Position numbers and translations under genes: made by a program. From Pseudomonadota bacterium (GTDB lineage Bacteria > Campylobacterota > Campylobacteria > Campylobacterales > Sulfurimonadaceae): DNA of 64,000 nucleotides. Shown here one piece after another: positions 41,944 to 50,955 of this stretch (positions are counted from its first letter, which is position 1; the number at the start of each line of letters is the position of its first letter). The notes under the pieces are model-generated. The model saw nothing but the letters and a program-made list of their open reading frames with translations. It was not told the DNA's origin and ran no database searches. The DNA is taken from positions 128,001-192,000 of the forward strand of contig JAZDQA010000013.1 of the NCBI GenBank assembly GCA_043797085.1, written 5' to 3'.

Positions 41944-43122
41944 ATGAAAAGCCTCTTTGACGATTCCATCGCCACCCGATATCAAAACGATCCACTGGCA
42001 GTACGGGTCTACACCTCTCAATTACTGGGTCAAAACAAAGACTTAGTCTTGCATGGAGGGGGAAATACTTCCGTAAAAATCGATGGTGTACTGTACGTTA
42101 AAGGAAGCGGATGGAATCTCGACACCATTGAAAAAGAAGGATTTTCTCCCGTTGATTTAGCCACACTCATAGAGATGGCCTCTCGTGACACTCTAACTGA
42201 TACTCAAATGGTCAAAGAGCAACGCGCCGCAATGAGCGATCAAAGCTTTCCAAACCCTTCTATCGAAGCAATACTTCATGCCATCATCCCGTTCACCTTC
42301 GTCGATCACACTCATGCCGATGCCGTTGTCACTCTAAGCAATACCCCTAACGGAAAAGAAATACTCGAAGAGCTTTATGGTGAGAACATGGTTATTATTG
42401 ACTATGTGATGCCGGGATTTGAACTGGCACGTCATATTTATTTACAAACTTTAGATCTAAATTGGAAAAATATTGAGGGAATTATTTTACTCAATCACGG
42501 TGTCTTTACTTTTGATAATGATGCCAAAAAAGCATATGAAAAGATGATAACACTTGTCACAAAAGCTGAAGATTACTTACAACAAAATGTCACTTTTCTT
42601 TCTAATACGAGCAAGGGAAATATCGACGTGGAGATTATTCGGTCATTAGTTCACGAAGTCGGCGTACTGCGCGGGTGTGATATTTTTCCCATCTTTTTGG
42701 ATTCCGACCAAGCCAAAGCACTCAGCACTCGCCCCAATTTAGAGCGACTCATCAAACAAGGCGAACTCACCCCTGAACACGTCATTCGCATCAAGCCTTT
42801 TCCTGCTATTATTAATACCGATTGTGCAAAAGGGATAGAAATATTTAAAACCGAGTATCAGAATTATTTTGATAAAAACAGCAATGCTAACCATATCTGT
42901 CTCGATCTGGCTCCTCGCTATGCGATTGTTAAAGGATTGGGGGCAGTTGCGCTGGGTAAAGATGAGAAAGAGTCTCGAATCATCGCCGATATCGTAGAGC
43001 ATACCATTACTGCAATTTTAAGTGCCGAACAGCTTGGAGCATGGACGTCTCTTAGTCTTGCACAGATGTTTGAGATGGAGTATTGGGAATTAGAGCAAAT
43101 CAAATTAAAGAACGCCAAATGA
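41944..43122 (+). CDS. Class II aldolase/adducin family protein (aldolase part of RhaD-SDR-type proteins, no SDR domain)
   Basis: LVLHGGGNTSVK, VKGSG, PSIE..LH, HTHAD, LNHG, TPEHV, EYWELEQ.KL. Confidence 0.88.
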   Translation: MKSLFDDSIATRYQNDPLAVRVYTSQLLGQNKDLVLHGGGNTSVKIDGVLYVKGSGWNLDTIEKEGFSPVDLATLIEMASRDTLTDTQMVKEQRAAMSDQSFPNPSIEAILHAIIPFTFVDHTHADAVVTLSNTPNGKEILEELYGENMVIIDYVMPGFELARHIYLQTLDLNWKNIEGIILLNHGVFTFDNDAKKAYEKMITLVTKAEDYLQQNVTFLSNTSKGNIDVEIIRSLVHEVGVLRGCDIFPIFLDSDQAKALSTRPNLERLIKQGELTPEHVIRIKPFPAIINTDCAKGIEIFKTEYQNYFDKNSNANHICLDLAPRYAIVKGLGAVALGKDEKESRIIADIVEHTITAILSAEQLGAWTSLSLAQMFEMEYWELEQIKLKNAK

Positions 43123-43185
43123 GCAAAGCCCATTCGGCTACGCTCGCCGCTATGGCACTAAAGCTTGCCTCTGTCGAGGCAGATT
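43110..43185 (+). repeat. Three-hairpin intergenic repeat, copy D (overlaps the aldolase stop codon)
   Basis: Reverse complement AATCTGCCTCGACAGAGGCAAGCTTTAGTGCCATAGCGGCGAGCGTA-GCCGAATGGGC ttt GCTCATTTGGC-GTTC. Confidence 0.85.
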
Positions 43186-43208
43186 AAATTACTGTACAAA
43201 GGAAAAAA

Positions 43209-43514
43209 ATGAAAATAACCAAAAAAGTAACTTTTATCGCTAAAGAGGAGCATATTTCTACGGTCAAAAAACTTCTAGAAGACATGGTAGCCCCTTCACT
43301 CAAAGAGCCTGGCTGTCTCTTTTATTACATCTTCCAATCTCAAAACAACCCGAAGAAATTCTTTGCCGTTGAGTCATGGGAAAATAACGAAGCACTTGAG
43401 GGGCATAAGCACACGGAGCATTATGCATACTATAAATCGCACTATGAACCATTTGTTGAGAATAAGTATACAGAAGATTTGGAACTTTTAGATGAAGAGG
43501 TGTATGGGTTTTAA
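43209..43514 (+). CDS. ABM-domain protein, LsrG-like / putative quinol monooxygenase
   Basis: EPGCLFY...F..VESW....ALEGHKHTEHY; adjacent to lsrK. Confidence 0.85.
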   Translation: MKITKKVTFIAKEEHISTVKKLLEDMVAPSLKEPGCLFYYIFQSQNNPKKFFAVESWENNEALEGHKHTEHYAYYKSHYEPFVENKYTEDLELLDEEVYGF

Positions 43515-45043
43515 ACTCCCGGAGCCTTCCACATAGGTTCTAACGTACTGTCACGGACAAGCTCCATCTGTTTGGCATAAACTCGTACCCATTTCTCTTT
43601 AACTTCTTGATAGGCATGAAAATTGGATTGATTTGGTTCATAACAACGCTCTATTTTTACAATATTTTGACCTGCTTCGTCAAAGCTTTTATAAATCCCT
43701 GCACCTATCCCGCACGCCATCGCTACACCCAATGCGGTGGCTTCTTTTACCACAGGGACTTTTACTTCCAATCCCGTAACATCGGCTAAAATCTGTGACC
43801 ATAACGCTCCATTTGACGCACCGCTTGCGAAGGTAAGCTGCGTTGGGGAAACACCGCTAAAGGCTTTTATGTTGTCAAGATTGATGGCACTTACGATGCA
43901 CGCATTTTCTTCCAACGCTCGAAACATGGAACCGATATTGTATTTGCTGCTGTCTAATCCAAGCCCAATAAACGATGGTGATGCGTGTATCCACTCTCCA
44001 TACTTCATGCTGTCGCTAAAAACAGGGATAATTCCATACGAACCGACGGGAATCTGTGATGCTAACGCTTCGAGCTGCGCGTAGCTTTTACCGCCACCTA
44101 ACGCATCTCGAAACCATCGCATCACAAGACCTGTAAAAAAAGTAATTCCCTCTGCTTGACTCATATCACGTACAACATGAGGATTTACACGCAATAGCAT
44201 ATCTCCTGAAAGTACTGTGTCTGAGGGTATATTGACCACTTGCTGCCAAAAACTTCCCCCTAACACAACCGCATCACCCAACTTATTTGCCCGAAGTCCT
44301 GCCGTACCGATTTGAACGTCACCACCCCCCATAACTACCAGAGTTTCAGGGCTTAAACCTGTCTCGTTGGAGGCTTGAAGGCTTATTTTTCCTAGAATAT
44401 CACCGCTTTCCAAGATAGGCACAAACAAATCTTTTAATCCGCATTGGCTGAACTGTTGCTTATCCCAATCACGATTTTTGAGATTAAACGCCCCTGCCGT
44501 CCCTGCATTGGAAGGCTCACTTGCTAATTCCCCACTGAGTTTAAACAGTATCCAGTCACTTATCATCGTAAAATAAGTTGCTTTTTCATACAAAGACAGC
44601 TGATTGTTTTTTAACCATAAAAGTCTTGGAGCTGCAGAAAGAGCAAATGTTTGCCCGCTTGATTGATAGAATTCTCTTTCCATATCAGGGTACGTATTTT
44701 TTAGAGTGCCAACTTCTAATCCAGAGCGACTATCGACATTTGCTACACCCCAAAGCTCATTCTTATCCTTATCATAAACGATAACTCCCTCACGCATGCT
44801 CGAAGCGGATAGCGCAATTATCTCTTTAGCATTTATCCCTGCTTTTACAACAACTTCTTTTATGCATTGTTTTGCCAATTCCCATCCATGGATAAAATCA
44901 AAGCCCATCGACCCTGCAATATTCTCTGACGCAATATGATTCCATTCATGTTGTGCAATCTCGATTTGATTTCCCAGCGTATCAAAAATGACAGCACGGA
45001 CACTTCCGGTTCCTGCATCTATACTTAAAAGATATTGCTTCAT
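43511..45043 (-). CDS. lsrK: Autoinducer-2 (DPD) kinase
   Basis: FGGY kinase with LsrK-type segments DAGTGSVRAVIFD, ANVDSR, PSNAGT, GGGDVQ, LGGSFWQQVVN, RVNPHV, ALEENA, VKEATALG, WKAPG. Confidence 0.9.
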   Translation of the reverse strand: MKQYLLSIDAGTGSVRAVIFDTLGNQIEIAQHEWNHIASENIAGSMGFDFIHGWELAKQCIKEVVVKAGINAKEIIALSASSMREGVIVYDKDKNELWGVANVDSRSGLEVGTLKNTYPDMEREFYQSSGQTFALSAAPRLLWLKNNQLSLYEKATYFTMISDWILFKLSGELASEPSNAGTAGAFNLKNRDWDKQQFSQCGLKDLFVPILESGDILGKISLQASNETGLSPETLVVMGGGDVQIGTAGLRANKLGDAVVLGGSFWQQVVNIPSDTVLSGDMLLRVNPHVVRDMSQAEGITFFTGLVMRWFRDALGGGKSYAQLEALASQIPVGSYGIIPVFSDSMKYGEWIHASPSFIGLGLDSSKYNIGSMFRALEENACIVSAINLDNIKAFSGVSPTQLTFASGASNGALWSQILADVTGLEVKVPVVKEATALGVAMACGIGAGIYKSFDEAGQNIVKIERCYEPNQSNFHAYQEVKEKWVRVYAKQMELVRDSTLEPMWKAPGV

Positions 45044-45264
45044 TTCATCTCTTTCATATTCACATCAAATTTCAATGAACTATTTTTAGTATTTTTTTGA
45101 TCAATCGACTTGATTTCCACATTACAAATACTGTCTTTAAGATTTTCTGCAAGAATCAGTAATTCTTCATGAGTATCGCGTATTGCAATTCCACGTGCAG
45201 AACATCCGACGACTCCACGGTTATTATAGGTCATTCTGTACATATAGTTCATTATCCAATACAT
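45040..45264 (-). CDS. Small hypothetical protein overlapping the lsrK start (ATGA)
   Basis: 70-74 aa ORF whose TGA overlaps the lsrK ATG; no recognisable family. Confidence 0.4.
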   Translation of the reverse strand: MYWIMNYMYRMTYNNRGVVGCSARGIAIRDTHEELLILAENLKDSICNVEIKSIDQKNTKNSSLKFDVNMKEMK

Positions 45265-45452
45265 TTATTAGTAATGGTAAAGCAAAGAAGATTCCAAGGA
45301 TTGAATAAAAAGAAAGTGCAAGCGTTAAAAGCGCTTGCTGATTACGCTAAAAATGCATATGTTATTTATTTTAATTCGATTAATGTATTAGTGAAATGTT
45401 ATCGACAGTTCGTAAACTGATTTAAGAAATACTATTTGAGGAGGGAATAAGG

Positions 45453-45477
45453 ACAATCTCTCAAAAGAGAGAATTGT
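45453..45477 (-). terminator. Putative terminator after porB
   Basis: ACAATCTCTC-AAAA-GAGAGAATTGT hairpin just after the porB stop. Confidence 0.55.
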
Positions 45478-45483
45478 GAAAAA

Positions 45484-46443
45484 TTATACGCGCGCTTCTT
45501 CACGACGTTGGAGCTGTTCCCATTTCAAATCGACACGTGTTTGCCACTCATCGATAAGATATTCGTATTGCTTAGTGAAAAGGTGTTTGAAACGCCCTTG
45601 AGCACCTAAATAATCACGAACCGGGATAATATTTTTCGGACGATACGTGATGTTTAACTCTGTACCGTTAATGATTTCATACAACGGGAATACCAAAGAA
45701 TCGGTAGCAAGATCGGTAATAGCGATCGTATCTTCCGGTGCAAATTTCCACTCAGTTGTACAGGCAGAGATAGCATTAATAAATACTGGACCCTCTGCTG
45801 CAAACCCTTTTTGAATTTTTGCGACCATGTCTTTCCATTTACTTGGAGAAACCTGAGCGACGTACGGAGCACCGTGTGCTGCCATGATCGCCATCATGTC
45901 TTTTTTATTGCGCTTTTCACCGTAGCTTACGCGTCCTGCAGGTGTTGTCGTAGCCGATGCACCGATTGGAGTTGAACTTGAGCGCTGTCCACCTGTGTTT
46001 GCATACACTTCATTGTCCAAACAAACGTACATCATGTTATGTCCGCGTTCAAAACAACCTGAAATCCATTGGAATCCGATGTCATAAGTCGCACCATCGC
46101 CACCAAACGCAACAAACTTAGGAGTGCGTTCTGGTTGCTTTAAGCGACCTTTGGTTTTAAGTGCTTTGTACATCGCTTCCGCACCGGCAACTGCAGAAGA
46201 ACCGTTTTCAAATCCGATGTGAATCCAAGATGCATCCCACGAAGTATACGGATAAACCGCCGTACATACTTCCAAACATCCCGTAGAAGCTGCAAGAATC
46301 AAGTCGTCATTTGTAGCATTAAGTACTTCGCGAACAATAATCGAGTGCGCACACCCTGGGCATAAAAGGTTAGCACCCTCAAAGCGATCCGCCGAAGTGG
46401 AAAACTCTTTAAGGTTTTTGATTTTTTTAATTTCTGACATCAT
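45484..46443 (-). CDS. porB: Pyruvate:ferredoxin oxidoreductase beta subunit
   Basis: LCPGC, TGCLEV, GGDGATYDIG (TPP), DNEVYANTGGQRS. Confidence 0.95.
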   Translation of the reverse strand: MMSEIKKIKNLKEFSTSADRFEGANLLCPGCAHSIIVREVLNATNDDLILAASTGCLEVCTAVYPYTSWDASWIHIGFENGSSAVAGAEAMYKALKTKGRLKQPERTPKFVAFGGDGATYDIGFQWISGCFERGHNMMYVCLDNEVYANTGGQRSSSTPIGASATTTPAGRVSYGEKRNKKDMMAIMAAHGAPYVAQVSPSKWKDMVAKIQKGFAAEGPVFINAISACTTEWKFAPEDTIAITDLATDSLVFPLYEIINGTELNITYRPKNIIPVRDYLGAQGRFKHLFTKQYEYLIDEWQTRVDLKWEQLQRREEARV

Positions 46444-46450
46444 TCACCCC

Positions 46451-47671
46451 TTAGAAAAATGAAAGCTTCGGTCCACGAAGACCGATGTATTGTTGCAATG
46501 GTGTTGTAGGTTTTCCTGCATCCATATTTGCTTTAAGGTCATTGAAAATGCCCACTAAATGTGCTTTAGTCAAATCACGTCCACCCAATCCATAAATATA
46601 GTTGGTAAGAACTGCTTTGGTATCGGTATTGAAAAGTGAACCTGAAATTTCATTGAAAAGCATACCCATAGTTCCATGAGGACTAGAGCGATCCAGTGTT
46701 CCGATTGCTTTGACATCTTTTAGTACTGCAGCAAGTTGCTCCATTGGCCATGGACGGAAAACACGAATACCGACAACACCCGCTTTAATTCCGGTTGCAC
46801 GTAATTCATTGACAACTTCCATTGCAGTTTCAACCGATGTTCCCATACAAATAACTGCTATTTCAGCGTCATCCATCTGGTGAGTCTCGACTAAATTATA
46901 TCGGCGACCCGTTAATGCTTCAAAAGCATCAAAAGCTGCTTCTAATTTAGGAATAACCGCCGTCATAAGTGCATGCTGCTGACGTGCTTTGTGCTCAAAG
47001 TGCCAATCTTCTTCCGTTTGAACCCCATGAGTTACCGGATGGTCAAGGTCAAGCATATCATTCATAGGCTGGAATTCACCAACGAAGTTAAAACCTTGCT
47101 CATCGGTCATAGTGTGAACACCCTGAGCTGTATGAGAGGTCATAAACCCGTCTTGGTGAACCATTGCAGGAAGACGAACATCGTGATCTTCAGCAACTTT
47201 GAATGCAATAAAATTCAAATCGTACGCGTGCTGAGGGTTATACGCATCAAGCTGAATCCATCCGCTGTCGCGACCCATATACATATCGGAGTGATCGCCA
47301 TTAACGTTCAAGGGAGCACCGATAGCACGGTTAACAACATTAAGAATGATCGGAAGACGCATTCCAGATGCTGAGTACAATGTCTCAACCATCAAAGCAA
47401 AACCTTGTGATGACGTTGCTGTCGCAACACGACCGCCGGCAGCCGATGCACCAATACAACATGACATTGCACCATGTTCAGATTCAGTCATTACAAACTC
47501 ACCGTCAACATAAGCATTCGCGGCAAAACCAGCGTAATTTTCAACAATTGGAGTCGATGGAGTAATCGGGTATGCCGCTACAACATCCACTTGAACTTGG
47601 CGAAGCGCATGGCTCGCCGCCATATTACCATCCCAGACTTCGATGTCTCGTAGTTCCATAGTATCAGCCAT
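46451..47671 (-). CDS. porA: Pyruvate:ferredoxin oxidoreductase alpha subunit
   Basis: AAYPITPST, ESEHGAM, TATSSQG, NRA. Confidence 0.95.
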   Translation of the reverse strand: MADTMELRDIEVWDGNMAASHALRQVQVDVVAAYPITPSTPIVENYAGFAANAYVDGEFVMTESEHGAMSCCIGASAAGGRVATATSSQGFALMVETLYSASGMRLPIILNVVNRAIGAPLNVNGDHSDMYMGRDSGWIQLDAYNPQHAYDLNFIAFKVAEDHDVRLPAMVHQDGFMTSHTAQGVHTMTDEQGFNFVGEFQPMNDMLDLDHPVTHGVQTEEDWHFEHKARQQHALMTAVIPKLEAAFDAFEALTGRRYNLVETHQMDDAEIAVICMGTSVETAMEVVNELRATGIKAGVVGIRVFRPWPMEQLAAVLKDVKAIGTLDRSSPHGTMGMLFNEISGSLFNTDTKAVLTNYIYGLGGRDLTKAHLVGIFNDLKANMDAGKPTTPLQQYIGLRGPKLSFF

Positions 47672-48087
47672 TAGTCTTCCTCTACTTCTGTATCTTTTTC
47701 TTTTTTCTCTTTTTTAGGCCATTGGGCAAGTGCTTCATCTTCATCTTTTTGCTCAGGAAACATCAACAATGATTTCGGATTGGTTGGACATACTTCCACA
47801 CAAATTCCGCATCCTTTACAGTGATCAAAATCGATTCCGACCATCTTTTTATCGCGCGCAATAATCGACATGTCTGGACAATAAACCCAGCAAAACTGGC
47901 AATCAATACAATAGTCTTTGTTAAATAAAGGCTTTTCAATACGCCAATCCGCTACGCTTGCCGTAAACGAACTTGACTTCGAATATGCTCTGTCTTCTGG
48001 CAATGTTGTTGCAATGTTTTGTATCGCTCCATCAAATGTGCGAAGCATAGCGCCAATTTCAAATCCATCCCATCCTGCTTTTTCCAT
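47671..48087 (-). CDS. porD: Pyruvate:ferredoxin oxidoreductase delta subunit (2x[4Fe-4S])
   Basis: CIDCQFCWVYCPD, CKGCGICVEVCP. Confidence 0.95.
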   Translation of the reverse strand: MEKAGWDGFEIGAMLRTFDGAIQNIATTLPEDRAYSKSSSFTASVADWRIEKPLFNKDYCIDCQFCWVYCPDMSIIARDKKMVGIDFDHCKGCGICVEVCPTNPKSLLMFPEQKDEDEALAQWPKKEKKEKDTEVEED

Positions 48088-48097
48088 TCGGTGATCC

Positions 48098-48655
48098 TTA
48101 CTTTACTTCATCATAAGCGCGTTGAATCGCGATCATGTTGGCGTCAATTATTTTCTGAGGCAGTTTTTTCAATACACGAATCATGTTTTCTTTGAAAAAA
48201 TCCATTTCGTACATACCCGAAACCTTCATCAATGCGCCTAGCATTGGTGTATTGGGGATCGCTTTTCCGATTGTCTCTTGCGAAATTTTAATACAATCAA
48301 CGGTGTATACTTTTTTGCCTTCAAGCTTCGGCTGAGACGCAATAAGCTCTTGGGTACTCAAATGAGTCGTAATGATGTAAACCGTATCCGGCTTTTCAAA
48401 CGCCGTAAAATCAGCAACATAAACCAAAGCTGGATCAATTACCAAAACATAATCCGGAGCCATAAATTTTTCATGATTCATAATGACTTGATCATCTACA
48501 CGATTATACGCTGTCATCGCAGCACCACGTTTTGCAGAACCGTAGAACGCAAACGCCTGTACATGTTTTCCGGTGGTGGATACAACGTCCGCTAAACCTT
48601 TTGCACCCGTTACAGCACCTTGACCGGCGCGACTATGCCATCGAATTTCGAGCAT
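48098..48655 (-). CDS. porC: Pyruvate:ferredoxin oxidoreductase gamma subunit
   Basis: EIRWHSRAGQGAVT, YGSAKRGA, PNTPMLGA. Confidence 0.95.
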   Translation of the reverse strand: MLEIRWHSRAGQGAVTGAKGLADVVSTTGKHVQAFAFYGSAKRGAAMTAYNRVDDQVIMNHEKFMAPDYVLVIDPALVYVADFTAFEKPDTVYIITTHLSTQELIASQPKLEGKKVYTVDCIKISQETIGKAIPNTPMLGALMKVSGMYEMDFFKENMIRVLKKLPQKIIDANMIAIQRAYDEVK

Positions 48656-48773
48656 GGCTTCTCCCTCTGACTTAAATTTTTAAGCTTGCATTTATCAGTA
48701 GGTGTATTTTATGTAACTTGCTCTTAAATGTAGCTTTTCGCTTTTACACAGCACGAAAACCATGCTAAAAATG

Positions 48774-49424
48774 TTACTTTATCCCTTTTTTTGCGATATG
48801 GCGCACCGCGTTAAGAACATTATCCTGTATAACAAAATCAAATGTTGATAATTGTTCAAAATTATCATACCCACTTAATACACCAATAGCGTCAACACCA
48901 GCACGCACCGAGCACTCTAAATCCAAACGTGTATCACCTATCATCCATACATTTTCTGTATCCGATTTCATCTGTTCTAAAGCCGTTAAAATAGGTTCTG
49001 GATGAGGCTTAGGATTAGCAACATTTTCAAATCCGATCAACACTTCAAAATAATCCATAACCGCGAAATGCTCCATCAACTCTCTCGAATAATGTCCTGT
49101 TTTTGTTGTTACTATCCCAAGTCGTGCAAACTTTGCCGCTTCTTTTATTGCCTCAATCGCATGTGGCAGCATAAATGTTTTTTGACAAGCAATTTCTCTA
49201 TAATAAAGCTTATACGTATTAACATGCACAGCAATTGTCTCATTGGAAATGCCTACACCTGCAAACATTGTCTCTAATGTATGACCTATTTGAGAGGTAA
49301 TCATCTCATCATTAAGTTCATCAATCTCGCCATGCGTACGAATAGAGTGGTAAAAACTCTCTAAAATCGCCTCCGTTGAATCAATCAACGTCCCGTCTAA
49401 ATCAAATAATATTATTTTTTTCAC
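48774..49424 (-). CDS. HAD-family phosphatase (phosphoglycolate phosphatase-like)
   Basis: FDLDGTLIDS, TTK, KPHPE, IGDT..D; likely GTG start at 49424. Confidence 0.9.
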   Translation of the reverse strand: MKKIILFDLDGTLIDSTEAILESFYHSIRTHGEIDELNDEMITSQIGHTLETMFAGVGISNETIAVHVNTYKLYYREIACQKTFMLPHAIEAIKEAAKFARLGIVTTKTGHYSRELMEHFAVMDYFEVLIGFENVANPKPHPEPILTALEQMKSDTENVWMIGDTRLDLECSVRAGVDAIGVLSGYDNFEQLSTFDFVIQDNVLNAVRHIAKKGIK

Positions 49425-50923
49425 TTTTTCTCCCACTTTATATAATCTTCCCAAATGCCGTTAATCGTCGGTTTCACTCCGTGGATACGACGATTATACA
49501 CATTAATCGTATTGGGAACCACCAAAAACAAATAGGGATTATCCTTCACTATCGAGGCAAAAATATCCCGTTGCAAAGAAGCTGTTCTTTCAGGTTCTGT
49601 CGAATTTTCCATCTTTTCAATTAATCGATTTGTCCGTGTACTGTGGTAGCCAATCATGTTAAATCCACCCGGAACATCCCCATCACTGTGCCAAATCATA
49701 TAGGGATCGGGAGCAAGTGACAGTCCCCAACCCAAAAGTACGGTTTCAAACTTTTTGGGCATCACAACCGTATTTAAAAAAGCCTGCCACTCCATCACCT
49801 TGAGCGTCACTTTTACCCCGACTTTTAAGAGTTGTCTCTGTAGTATCTCCGCCGCATAAGGACGAATGGGATTGGAGTTGGAGGTAGCAATCTCAAACTC
49901 AAATGGGTGAGCTGCATCATATCCCGCAGATTTTAAAAGTGCCAAAGCTCGAGCAATATCTTGCTTTGGAGCTTTGATACGTTCATTAAACCCTTTGCTT
50001 CCGGGTAAAAAAGGACCGGTGCAGACTGACCCGTGATTGAGAAATAAAATGTCCACAAACTCTTGGCGATTAATCGCGATTGATAATGCTTCACGAACTC
50101 TTGGGTCTTGAAATTTTTTCAATCTTAGATTAAAGCCCAAATACGTATAGCTGTGAGAGGGAAGTTCCAGGTGTTTGAATTTTTGATGAAAATTTTTATC
50201 CAACTGACGTTCATACTGCATCGGTTCAAGAGTATCCACATCAATTTCACCATTTTTAAGCATCAAAAATCGAGTCATCGAGTCTGCAATAACATGAAAA
50301 ACAATGGTATCTATATTTGGTTTATGTTCGAAATATGACGGATTAGCAGCAAGCTCTATTTGTTTGGAAAACTCTAACTTTTTGAGGATATACGGACCGG
50401 TACCGATGGGATGGGTGTTAAACGATGAGCCCATAATGTCTTTTTCATATTCCAAAATATGTTTCGGAACAATCCCCATCATCCAAATTTCCAGTGCTTT
50501 AAAATAAGGTTTAGTATAGATAACACGAACCGTATAAGGATCAATCGCAATTACCTCTTTGACCACTCGAAAATCGGTTGCATAAGGACTCATCACCTTA
50601 TCTGAAGTGATGAGCTTGTAGGTAAAAACAACATCACCGGCACTAAAAGGTTTTCCATCATGCCATTTAACCCCGCGTCGAAGTTTGAACTCGATAACGG
50701 TTGGAGAAATACGCGTATAAGATTGCGCTAAATCTCCGATAACGTTTTGCCCGCTTGCGTCGTATTTTACCAACGCATTAAAAATAAAATTGGCTATTTC
50801 TCCGCTTGCCGAATCGGTTGCAATAAGAGGATTAAGACGAGCTGGATTGGAAGATGTGCTTAGATGAAGGGTAGAGGCGATTAACGAGATAGTGAACACC
50901 CATACAAAGAATATCTGTTTCAA
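49421..50923 (-). CDS. ABC transporter substrate-binding protein, family 5 (peptide/nickel)
   Basis: Signal peptide; LRRGVKWHDGKPFSAGDVVFTY, PIGTGPY, RVREALS.AINR. Confidence 0.92.
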   Translation of the reverse strand: MKQIFFVWVFTISLIASTLHLSTSSNPARLNPLIATDSASGEIANFIFNALVKYDASGQNVIGDLAQSYTRISPTVIEFKLRRGVKWHDGKPFSAGDVVFTYKLITSDKVMSPYATDFRVVKEVIAIDPYTVRVIYTKPYFKALEIWMMGIVPKHILEYEKDIMGSSFNTHPIGTGPYILKKLEFSKQIELAANPSYFEHKPNIDTIVFHVIADSMTRFLMLKNGEIDVDTLEPMQYERQLDKNFHQKFKHLELPSHSYTYLGFNLRLKKFQDPRVREALSIAINRQEFVDILFLNHGSVCTGPFLPGSKGFNERIKAPKQDIARALALLKSAGYDAAHPFEFEIATSNSNPIRPYAAEILQRQLLKVGVKVTLKVMEWQAFLNTVVMPKKFETVLLGWGLSLAPDPYMIWHSDGDVPGGFNMIGYHSTRTNRLIEKMENSTEPERTASLQRDIFASIVKDNPYLFLVVPNTINVYNRRIHGVKPTINGIWEDYIKWEKK

Positions 50924-50955
50924 TCTCGCCCCGTTTTTTAGGGGAGATTATAGCA

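Noticed and set aside
45169..45420. 83-aa plus-strand ORF between lsrK and porB
   Set aside because: Overlaps the better-supported minus-strand ORF and AT-rich promoter DNA; no RBS or motif.
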